Source of the DNA: Eledone cirrhosa
Taxonomy: Eukaryota
Assembly (NCBI GenBank): GCA_964016885.1
Contig: OZ024759.1
Span: forward strand, 2,356,001-2,420,000
Direction: 5' to 3'
Length of the DNA stretch: 64,000 nucleotides
Shown: one piece after another, positions 13,991-27,400 of the stretch
How positions within the stretch are numbered: the first letter of the stretch is position 1
Layout of the letters: every line of letters begins with the position of its first letter
The notes under the pieces: model-generated
What the model was told of the DNA's origin: nothing
Database searches by the model: none
Seen by the model: the letters and a program-made list of their open reading frames with translations, nothing else
Position numbers and translations under genes: made by a program

Positions 13991-16900
13991 TGACAAAGTC
14001 TATATTAGTAGCATGACAAAGTCTGTATTAATAACATGACAGTCTATATTAGTAACATGACAAAGTCTATATTAGTAACATGACAAAGTCTATATTAGTA
14101 ACATGACAAAGTATATATTAGTAACATGACAAAGTCTATATTAGTAACATGACAAAGTCTATATTAGTAACATGACACAGTCTATATTAGTAACATGACA
14201 AAGTCTATATTAGTAACATGACAAAGTCTATATTAGTAACATGACAAAGTATATATTAGTAACATGACAAAGTCTATATTAGTAACATGACACAGTCTAT
14301 ATTAGTAACATGACAAAGTCTATATTAGTAGCATGACAAAGTCTGTATTAGTAACATGACAGTCTATATTAGTAACATGACAAAGTCTATATTAGTAACA
14401 TGACAAAGTCTATATTAGTAGCATGACAAAGTCTATATTAGTAACATGACAAAGTCTATATTAGTAACATGACAAAGTCTATATTAGTAACATGACACAG
14501 TCTATATTAGTAACATGACAAAGTCTATATTAGTAGCATGACAAAGTCTATATTAGTAACATGACAAAGTCTATATTAGTAACATGACAAAGTCTATATT
14601 AGTAACATGACAAAGTCTATATTAGTAACATGACACAGTCTATATTAGTAACATGACAAAGTCTATATTAGTAACATGACAAAGTCTATATTAGTAACAT
14701 GACACAGTCTATATTAGTAACATGACAAAGTCTATATTAGTAGCATGACAAAGTCTGTATTAGTAACATGACAGTCTATATTAGTAACATGACAAAGTCT
14801 ATATTAGTAGCATGACACAGTCTATATTAGTAACATGACACAGTCTATATTAGTAACATGACACAGTCTATATTAGTAACATGACACAGTCTATATTAGT
14901 AACATGACAAAGTCTATATTAGTAGCATGACAAAGTCTGTATTAGTAACATGACAGTCTATATTAGTAACATGACAAAGTCTATATTAGTAGCATGACAC
15001 AGTCTATATTAGTAACATGACACAGTCTATATTAGTAGCATGACAAAGTCTATATTAGTAACATGACACAGTCTATATTAGTAGCATGACACAGTCTATA
15101 TTAGTAACATGACAAAGTCTATATTAGTAACATGACAAAGTCTATATTAGTAACATGACAAAGTCTATATTAGTAACATGACAAAGTCTATATTAGTAGC
15201 ATGACAAAGTCTATATTAGTAACATGACAAAGTCTATATTAGTAACATGACAAAGTCTATATTAGTAACATGACAGTCTATATTAGTAACATGACACAGT
15301 CTATATTAGTAACATGACAAAGTCTATATTAGTAACATGACAAAGTCTATATTAGTAACATGACAAAGTCTATATTAGTAACATGACAAAGTCTATATTA
15401 GTAGCATGACAAAGTCTATATTAGTAACATGACAAAGTCTATATTAGTAACAATACAAAGTCTATATTAGTAACATGACACAGTCTATATTAGTAACATG
15501 ACAAAGTCTATATTAGTAGCATGACAAAGTCTATATTAGTAACATGACAAAGTCTATATTAGTAACATGACAAAGTCTATGTTAGTAACATGACAAAGTC
15601 TATATTAGTAGCATGACAAAGTCTATATTAGTAACATGACAAAGTCTATATTAGTAACATGACAAAGTCTATATTAGTAACATGACACAGTCTATATTAG
15701 TAACATGACAAAGTCTATATTAGTAGCATGACAAAGTCTATATTAGTAACATGACAAAGTCTATATTAGTAACATGACAAAGTCTATATTAGTAACATGA
15801 CAAAGTCTATATTAGTAACATGACACAGTCTATATTAGTAACATGACAAAGTCTATATTAGTAACATGACAAAGTCTATATTAGTAACATGACACAGTCT
15901 ATATTAGTAACATGACAAAGTCTATATTAGTAGCATGACAAAGTCTGTATTAGTAACATGACAGTCTATATTAGTAACATGACAAAGTCTATATTAGTAA
16001 CATGACAGTCTATATTAGTAACATGACAAAGTCTATATTAGTAGCATGACACAGTCTATATTAGTAACATGACACAGTCTATATTAGTAGCATGACAAAG
16101 TCTATATTAGTAACATGACACAGTCTATATTAGTAGCATGACACAGTCTATATTAGTAACATGACAAAGTCTATATTAGTAACATGACAAAGTCTATATT
16201 AGTAACATGACAAAGTCTATATTAGTAACATGACAAAGTCTATATTAGTAGCATGACAAAGTCTATATTAGTAACATGACAAAGTCTATATTAGTAACAT
16301 GGCAAAGTCTATATTAGTAACATGACAAAGTCTATATTAGTAACATGACAGTCTATATTAGTAACATGACACAGTCTATATTAGTAACATGACAAAGTCT
16401 ATATTAGTAACATGACAAAGTCTATATTAGTAACATGACAAAGTCTATATTAGTAACATGACAAAGTCTATATTAGTAGCATGACAAAGTCTATATTAGT
16501 AACATGACAAAGTCTATATTAGTAACATGACAAAGTCTATATTAGTAACATGACACAGTCTATATTAGTAACATGACAAAGTCTATATTAGTAGCATGAC
16601 AAAGTCTATATTAGTAACATGACAAAGTCTATATTAGTAACATGACAAAGTCTATGTTAGTAACATGACAAAGTCTATATTAGTAACATGACAAAGTCTA
16701 TATTAGTAACATGACAAAGTCTATATTAGTAACATGACACAGTCTATATTAGTAACATGACAGTCTATATTAGTAACATGACAGTCTACATTAGTAACAT
16801 GACACAGTCTATATTAGTAACATGACAAAGTCGATATTAGTAACATGACAATGTCTATATTTGTAACATGACAAAGTCTATATTAGTAAAATAACACAGT

Positions 16901-19900
16901 CTATATTAGTAACATGACAAAGTCTATATTAGTAACATGGCAAAGTCTATATTATAACATGACAAAGTCTATATTAGTAACATGACAAAGTCTATATTAG
17001 TAACATGACACAGTCTATATTAGTAACATGACAAAGTCTATATTAGTAACATGACAAAGTCTATATTAGTAACATGACAAAGTCTATATTAGTAACATGA
17101 CAAAGTCTATATTAGTAGCATGACAAAGTCTATATTAGTAACATGACAAAGTCTATATTAGTAACATGACAAAGTCTATATTAGTAACATGACACAGTCT
17201 ATATTAGTAACATGACAAAGTCTATATTAGTAGCATGACAAAGTCTATATTAGTAACATGACAAAGTCTATATTAGTAACATGACAAATTCTATATTAGT
17301 AACATGACAAAGTCTATATTAGTAACATGACAAAGTCTATATTAGTAACATGACACAGTCTATATTAGTAACATGACAGTCTATATCAGTAACATGACAG
17401 TCTACATTAGTAACATGACAAAGTCGATATTAGTAACATGACAATGTCTATATTAGTAACATGACAAAGTCTATATTAGTAACATGACAAAGTCTATATT
17501 AGTAACATGACAAAGTCTATATTAGTAACATGACACAGTCTATATTAGTAACATGCCAAAGTCTATATTAGTAGCATGACAAAGTCTATATTAGTAACAT
17601 GACAAAGTCTATATAATAACATGACAAAGTCTATATTAGTAACATGACAAAGTCTATATTAGTAACATGACACAGTCTATATTAGTAACATGACAGTCTA
17701 TATTAGTAACATGACAGTCTACATTAGTAACATGACACAGTCTATATTAGTAACATGACAAAGTCGATATTAGTAACATGACAATGTCTATATTAGTAAC
17801 ATGACAAAGTCTATATTAGTAACATGACAAAGTCTATATTAGTAACATGACAAAGTCTATATTAGTAACATGACAAAGTATATATTAGTAACATGACAAA
17901 GTCTATATTAGTAACATGACACAGTCTATATTAGTAACATGACAAAGTCTATATTAGTAGCATGACAAAGTCTGTATTAGTAACATGACAGTCTATATTA
18001 GTAACATGACAAAGTCTATATTAGTAACATGACAAAGTCTATATTAGTAGCATGACAAAGTCTATATTAGTAACATGACAAAGTCTATATAAGTAACATG
18101 ACAAAGTCTATATTAGTAACATGACACAGTCTATATTAGTAACATGACAAAGTCTATATTAGTAGCATGACAAAGTCTATATTAGTAACATGACAAAGTC
18201 TATATTAGTAACATGACAAAGTCTATATTAGTAACATGACAAAGTCTATATTAGTAACATGACACAGTCTATATTAGTAACATGACAAAGTCTATATTAG
18301 TAACATGACAAAGTCTATATTAGTAACATGACACAGTCTATATTAGTAACATGACAAAGTCTATATTAGTAGCATGACAAAGTCTGTATTAGTAACATGA
18401 CAGTCTATATTAGTAACATGACAAAGTCTATATTAGTAGCATGACACAGTCTATATTAGTAACATGACACAGTCTATATTAGTAATATGACACAGTCTAT
18501 ATTAGTAAGATGACAAAGTCTATATTAGTAACATGACACAGTCTATATAAGTAACATGACAAAGTCTATATTAGTATCATGACACAGTCTATATTAGTAA
18601 CATGACACATTCTATATTAGTAACATGACAAAGTCTATATTAGTAGCATCACACAGTCTATATTAATAACATGACAAAGTCTATATTAGTAACATGACAA
18701 AGTCTATATTAGTAACATGACAAAGTCTATATTAGTAACATGACAAAGTCTATATTAGTAACATGACAGTCTATATTAGTAACATGACACAGTCTATATT
18801 AGTAACATGACACAGTCTATATTAGTAACATGACAAAGTCTATATTAGTAACATGACAAAGTCTATATTAGTAACATGACACAGTCTATATTAGTAGCAT
18901 GACAAAGTCTATATTAGTAACATGACACAGTCTATATTAGTAGCATGACACAGTCTATATTAGTAACATGACAAAGTCTATATTAGTAACATGACAAAGT
19001 CTATATTAGTAACATGACAAAGTCTATATTAGTAACATGACAAAGTCTATATTAGTAGCATGACAAAGTCTATATTAGTAACATGACAAAGTCTATATTA
19101 GTAACATGGCAAAGTCTATATTAGTAACATGACAAAGTCTATATTAGTAACATGACACAGTCTATATTAGTAGCATGACAAAGTCTATATTAGTAACATG
19201 ACAAAGTCTATATTAGTAGCATGACACAGTCTATATTAGTAACATGACAAAGTCTATATTAGTAACATGACAGTCTATATTAGTAACATGACACAGTCTA
19301 TATTAGTAACATGACACAGTCTATATTAGTAACATGAGACAGTCTATATTAGTAACATGACAAAGTCTATATTAGTAACATGACACAGTCTATATTAGTA
19401 ACATCACACAGTCTATATTAGTAACATGACAAAGTCTATATTAGTAACATGACACAGTCTATATTAGTAACATGACACAGTCTATATTAGTAGCATGACA
19501 AAGTCTATGTTAGTAACATGACACAGTCTATATTAGTAGTATCACACAGTCTATATTAGTAACATGACAAAGTCTATATTAGTAACATGACAAAGTCTAT
19601 ATTAGTAACATGACAAAGTCTATATTAGTAACATGACAAAGTCTATATTAGTAACATGACAGTCTATATTAGTAACATGACACAGTCTATATTAGTAACA
19701 TGACACAGTCTATATTAGTAACATGACACAGTCTATATTAGTAACATGACAAAGTCTATATTAGTAACATGACACAGTCTATATTAGTAGCATGACAAAG
19801 TCTATATTAGTAACATGACACAGTCTATATTAGTAGCATGACACAGTCTATATTAGTAACATGACAAAGTCTATATTAGTAACATAACAAAGTCTATATT

Positions 19901-22900
19901 AGTAACATGACAAAGTCTATATTAGTAACATGACAAAGTCTATATTAGTAGCATGACAAAGTCTATATTAGTAACATGACAAAGTCTATATTAGTAACAT
20001 GGCAAAGTCTATATTAGTAACATGACAAAGTCTATATTAGTAACATGACAGTCTATATTAGTAACATGACACAGTCTATATTAGTAACATGACAAAGTCT
20101 ATACTAGTAACATGACAAAGTCTATATTAGTAACATGACAAAGTCTATATTGGTAACATGACAAAGTCTATATTAGTAGCATGACAAAGTCTATATTAGT
20201 AACATGACAAAGTCTATATTAGTAACATGACAAAGTCTATATTAGTAACATGACACAGTCTATATTAGTAACATGACAAAGTCTATATTAGTAGCATGAC
20301 AAAGTCTATATTAGTAACATGACAAAGTCTATATTAGTAACATGACAAAGTCTATGTTAGTAACATGACAAAGTCTATATTAGTAACATGACAAAGTCTA
20401 TATTAGTAACATGACAAAGTCTATATTAGTAACATGACACAGTCTATATTAGTAACATGACAGTCTATATTAGTAACATGACAGTCTACATTAGTAACAT
20501 GACACAGTCTATATTAGTAACATGACAAAGTCGATATTAGTAACATGACAATGTCTATATTAGTAACATGACAAAGTCTATATTAGTAAAATAACACAGT
20601 CTATATTAGTAACATGACAAAGTCTATATTAGTAACATGGCAAAGTCTATATTATAACATGACAAAGTCTATATTAGTAACATGACAAAGTCTATATTAG
20701 TAACATGACACAGTCTATATTAGTAACATGACAAAGTCTATATTAGTAACATGACAAAGTCTATATTAGTAACATGACAAAGTTTATATTAGTAACATGA
20801 CAAAGTCTATATTAGTAGCATGACAAAGTCTATATTAGTAACATGACAAAGTCTATATTAGTAACATGACAAAGTCTATATTAGTAACATGACACAGTCT
20901 ATATTAGTAACATGACAAAGTCTATATTAGTAGCATGACAAAGTCTATATTAGTAACATGACAAAGTCTATATTAGTAACATGACAAATTCTATATTAGT
21001 AACATGACAAAGTCTATATTAGTAACATGACAAAGTCTATATTAGTAACATGACACAGTCTATATTAGTAACATGACAGTCTATATCAGTAACATGACAG
21101 TCTACATTAGTAACATGACAAAGTCGATATTAGTAACATGACAATGTCTATATTAGTAACATGACAAAGTCTATATTAGTAACATGACAAAGTCTATATT
21201 AGTAACATGACAAAGTCTATATTAGTAACATGACACAGTCTATATTAGTAACATGCCAAAGTCTATATTAGTAGCATGACAAAGTCTATATTAGTAACAT
21301 GACAAAGTCTATATTAGTAACATGACAAAGTCTATATTAGTAACATGACAAAGTCTATATTAGTAACATGACACAGTCTATATTAGTAACATGACAGTCT
21401 ATATTAGTAACATGACAGTCTACATTAGTAACATGACACAGTCTATATTAGTAACATGACAAAGTCGATATTAGTAACATGACAATGTCTATATTAGTAA
21501 CATGACAAAGTCTATATTAGTAACATGACAAAGTCTATATTAGTAACATGACAAAGTCTATATTAGTAACATGACAAAGTATATATTAGTAACATGACAA
21601 AGTCTATATTAGTAACATGACACAGTCTATATTAGTAACATGACAAAGTCTATATTAGTAGCATGACAAAGTCTGTATTCGTAACATGACAGTCTATATT
21701 AGTAACATGACAAAGTCTATATTAGTAACATGACAAAGTCTATATTAGTAGCATGACAAAGTCTATATTAGTAACATGACAAAGTCTATATTAGTAACAT
21801 GACAAAGTCTATATTAGTAACATGACACAGTCTATATTAGTAACATGACAAAGTCTATATTAGTAGCATGACAAAGTCTATATTAGTAACATGACAAAGT
21901 CTATATTAGTAACATGACAAAGTCTATATTAGTAACATGACAAAGTCTATATTAGTAACATGACAAAGTCTATATTAGTAACATGACACAGTCTATATTA
22001 GTAACATGACAGTCTATATTAGTAACATGACAGTCTACATTAGTAACATGACACAGTCTATATTAGTAACATGACAAAGTCGATATTAGTAACATGACAA
22101 TGTCTATATTAGTAACATGACAAAGTCTATATTAGTAACATGACAAAGTCTATATTAGTAGCAGGACAAAGTCTATATTAGTAACATGACAAAGTCTATA
22201 TTAGTAACATGACAAAGTCTATATTAGTAACATGACACAGTCTATATTAGTAACATGACAAAGTCTATATTAGTAGCATGACAAAGTCTATATTAGTAAC
22301 ATGACAAAGTCTATATTAGTAACATGACAAAGTCTATATTAGTAACATGACAAAGTCTATATTAGTAACATGACAAAGTCTATATTAGTAACATGACACA
22401 GTCTATATTAGTAACATGACAGTCTATATTAGTAACATGACAGTCTACATTAGTAACATGACACACTCTATATTAGTAACATGACACAGTCTATATTAGT
22501 AGCATGACAAAGTCTATATTAGTAACATGACACAGTCTATATTAGTAGCATGACACAGTCTATATTAGTAACATGACAAAGTCTATATTAGTAACATGAC
22601 AAAGTCTATATTAGTAACATGACAAAGTCTATATTAGTAACATGACAAAGTCTATATTAGTAGCATGACAAAGTCTATATTAGTAACATGACAAAGTCTA
22701 TATTAGTAACATGGCAAAGTCTATATTAGTAACATGACAAAGTCTATATTAGTAACATGACACAGTCTATATTAGTAGCATGATAAAGTCTATATTAGTA
22801 ACATGACAAAGTCTATATTAGTAGCATGACACAGTCTATATTAGTAACATGACAAAGTCTATATTAGTAACATGACAGTCTATATTAGTAACATGACACA

Positions 22901-24499
22901 GTCTATATTAGTAACATGACACAGTCTATATTAGTAACATGATACAGTCTATATTAGTAACATGACAAAGTCTATATTAGTAACATGACACAGTCTATAT
23001 TAGTAACATGACACAGTCTATATTAGTAACATGACAAAGTCTATATTAGTAACATGACACAGTTTATATTAGTAACATGACACAGTCTATATAAGTAGCA
23101 TGACAAAGTCTATGTTAGTAACATGACACAGTCTATATTAGTAGCATCACACAGTCTATATTAGTAACATGACAAAGTCTATATTAGTAACATGACAAAG
23201 TCTATATTAGTAACATGACAAAGTCTATACTAGTTACATGACAGTCTATATTAGTAACATGACACAGTCTATATTAGTAACATGACAAAGTCTATATTAG
23301 TAACATGACAAAGTCTATATTAGTAACATGACAAAGTCTATATTAGTAACATGACAAAGTCTATATTAGTAACATGACAAAGTCTATATTAGTAACATGA
23401 CACAGTCTATATTAGTAACATGACAAAGTCTATGTTAGTAACATGACAAAGTCTATATTAGTAGCATGACAAAGTCTATATTAGTAACATGACAAAGTCT
23501 ATATTAGTAACATGACACAGTCTATATTAGTAACATGACAGTCTATATTAGTAACATGACAGTCTACATTAGTAACATGACACAGTCTATATTAGTAACA
23601 TGACAAAGTCGATATTAGTAACATGACAATGTCTATATTAGTAACATGACAAAGTCTATATTAGTAACATGACACAGTCTATATTAGTAACATGACAAAG
23701 TCTATATTAGTAACATGGCAAAGTCTATATTTTAACATGACAAAGTCTATATTAGTAACATGACAAAGTCTATATTAGTAACATGACACAGTCTATATTA
23801 GTAACATGACAAAGTCTATATTAGTAACATGACAAAGTCTATATTAGTAACATGGCAAAGTCTATATTAGTAACATGACAAAGTCTATATTAGTAACATG
23901 ACAAAGTCTATATTAGTAGCATGACAAAGTCTATATTAGTAACATGACAAAGTCTATATTAGTAACATGACAAAGTCTATATTAGTAACATGACACAGTC
24001 TATATTAGTAACATGACAAAGTCTATATTAGTAGCATGACAAAGTCTATATTAGTAACATGACAAAGTCTATATTAGTAACATGACAAAGTCTATATTAG
24101 TAACATGACAAAGTCTATATTAGTAACATGACAAAGTCTATATTAGTAACATGACACTGTCTATATTAGTAACATGACAGTCTATATTAGTAACATGACA
24201 GTCTACATTAGTAACATGACACAGTCTATATTAGTAACATGACAAAGTCGATATTAGTAACATGACAATGTCTATATTAGTAACATGACAAAGTCTATAT
24301 TAGTAACATGACAAAGTCTATATTAGTAACATGACAAAGTCTATATTAGTAACATGACAAAGTCTATATTAGTAGCATGACAAAGTCTATATTAGTAACA
24401 TGACAAAGTCTATATTAGTAACATGACAAAGTCTATATTAGTAACATGACAAAGTCTATATTAGTAACATGACAAAGTCTATATTAGTAACATGACACA

Positions 24500-27400
24500 G
24501 TCTATATTAGTAACATGACAGTCTATATTAGTAACATGACAGTCTACATTAGTAACATGACACAGTCTATAATAGTAACATGACAAAGTCGATATAAGTA
24601 ACATGACAAAGTCTATATTAGTAACATGACAAAGTCTATATTAGTAACATGACAAAGTCTATATTAGTAACATGACAAAGTCTATATTAGTAACATGACA
24701 CAGTCTATATTAGTAACATGACACAGTCTATATTAGTAGCATGACAAAGTCTATATTAGTAACATGACACAGTCTATATTAGTAACATGACAAAGTCTAT
24801 ATTAGTAACATGACACAGTCTATATTAGTAACATGACAAAGTCTATATTAGTAGCATGACAAAGTCTATATTAGTAGCATGACAAAGTCTATATTAGTAG
24901 CATGACAAAGTCTATATTAGTAACATGACAAAGTCTATATTAGTAACATGACAACGTCTATATTAGTAACATGACACAGTCTATATTAGTAACATGACAC
25001 AGTCTATATTAGTAGCATGACAAAGTCTATATTAGTAACATGACACAGTCTATATTAGTAACATGACACAGTCTATATTAGTAACATGACACAGTCTATA
25101 TTAATAGCATGACAAAGTCTATATTAGTAACATGACACAGTCTATATTAGTAACATGACAAAGTCTATATTAGTAACATGACACAGTCTATATTAGTAAC
25201 ATGACAAAGTCTATGTTTGTAGCATGACAAAGTCTATATTAGTAGCATGACAAAGTCTATATTAGTAGCATGACAAAGTCTATATTAGTAACATGACAAA
25301 GTCTATATTAGTAACATGACAAAGTCTATATTAGTAACATGACACAGTCTATATTAGTAGCATGACACAGTCTATATTAGTAACATGACAAAGTCTATAT
25401 TAGTAGCATGACAAAGTCTATATTAGTAACATGACACAGTCTATATTAGTAACATGACAAAGTCTATATTAGTAACATGACAAAGTCTATATTAGTAACA
25501 TGACACAGTCTATATTAGTAACATGACAATGTCTATATTAGTAACATGACAAAGTCTATATTAGTAACATGACACAGTCTATATTAGTAACATGACACAG
25601 TCTATATTAGTAACATGACACAGTCTATATTAGTAACATGACACAGTCTATATTAGTAACATGACACAGTCTATATTTGTAACATGACAAAGTCTATATT
25701 AGTAACATGACAAAGTCTATATTAGTAACATGACAAAGTCTATATTAGTAACATGACACAGTCTATATTAGTAACATGACACAGTCTATATTAGTAACAT
25801 GACACAGTCTATATTAGTAACATGACAAAGTCTATATTAGTAGCATGACAAAGTCTATATTAGTAGCATGACAAAGTCTATATTAGTAGCATGACAAAGT
25901 CTATATTAGTAACATGACAGTCTATATTAGTAACATGACAAAGTCTATATTAGTAGCATGACAAAGTCTATATTAGTAACATGACAAAGTCTATATTAGT
26001 AGCATGACACAGTCTATATTAGTAACATGACAAAGTCTATATTAGTAACATGACAGTCTATATTAGTAACATGACACAGTCTATATTAGTAACATGACAC
26101 AGTCTATATTAGTAACATGAGACAGTCTATATTAGTAACATGACAAAGTCTATATTAGTAACATGACACAGTCTATATTAGTAACATCACACAGTCTATA
26201 TTAGTAACATGACAAAGTCTATATTAGTAACATGACACAGTCTATATTAGTAACATGACACAGTCTATATTAGTAGCATGACAAAGTCTATGTTAGTAAC
26301 ATGACACAGTCTATATTAGTAGTATCACACAGTCTATATTAGTAACATGACAAAGTCTATATTAGTAACATGACAAAGTCTATATTAGTTAAATGACAAA
26401 GTCTATATTAGTAACATGACAAAGTCTATATTAGTAACATGACAGTCTATATTAGTAACATGACACAGTCTATATTAGTAACATGACACAGTCTATATTA
26501 GTAACATGACACAGTCTATATTAGTAACATGACACAGTCTATATTAGTAACATGACAAAGTCTATATTAGTAACATGACACAGTCTATATTAGTAGCATG
26601 ACAAAGTCTATATTAGTAACATGACACAGTCTATATTAGTAGCATGACACAGTCTATATTAGTAACATGACAAAGTCTATATTAGTAACATAACAAAGTC
26701 TATATTAGTAACATGACAAAGTCTATATTAGTAACATGACAAAGTCTATATTAGTAGCATGACAAAGTCTATATTAGTAACATGACAAAGTCTATATTAG
26801 TAACATGGCAAAGTCTATATTAGTAACATGACAAAGTCTATATTAGTAACATGACAGTCTATATTAGTAACATGACACAGTCTATATTAGTAACATGACA
26901 AAGTCTATACTAGTAACATGACAAAGTCTATATTAGTAACATGACAAAGTCTATATTGGTAACATGACAAAGTCTATATTAGTAGCATGACAAAGTCTAT
27001 ATTAGTAACATGACAAAGTCTATATTAGTAACATGACAAAGTCTATATTAGTAACATGACACAGTCTATATTAGTAACATGACAAAGTCTATATTAGTAG
27101 CATGACAAAGTCTATATTAGTAACATGACAAAGTCTATATTAGTAACATGACAAAGTCTATGTTAGTAACATGACAAAGTCTATATTAGTAACATGACAA
27201 AGTCTATATTAGTAACATGACAAAGTCTATATTAGTAACATGACACAGTCTATATTAGTAACATGACAGTCTATATTAGTAACATGACAGTCTACATTAG
27301 TAACATGACACAGTCTATATTAGTAACATGACAAAGTCTATATTAGTAGCATGACAAAGTCTATATTAGTAACATGACAAAGTCTATATTAGTAACATGA

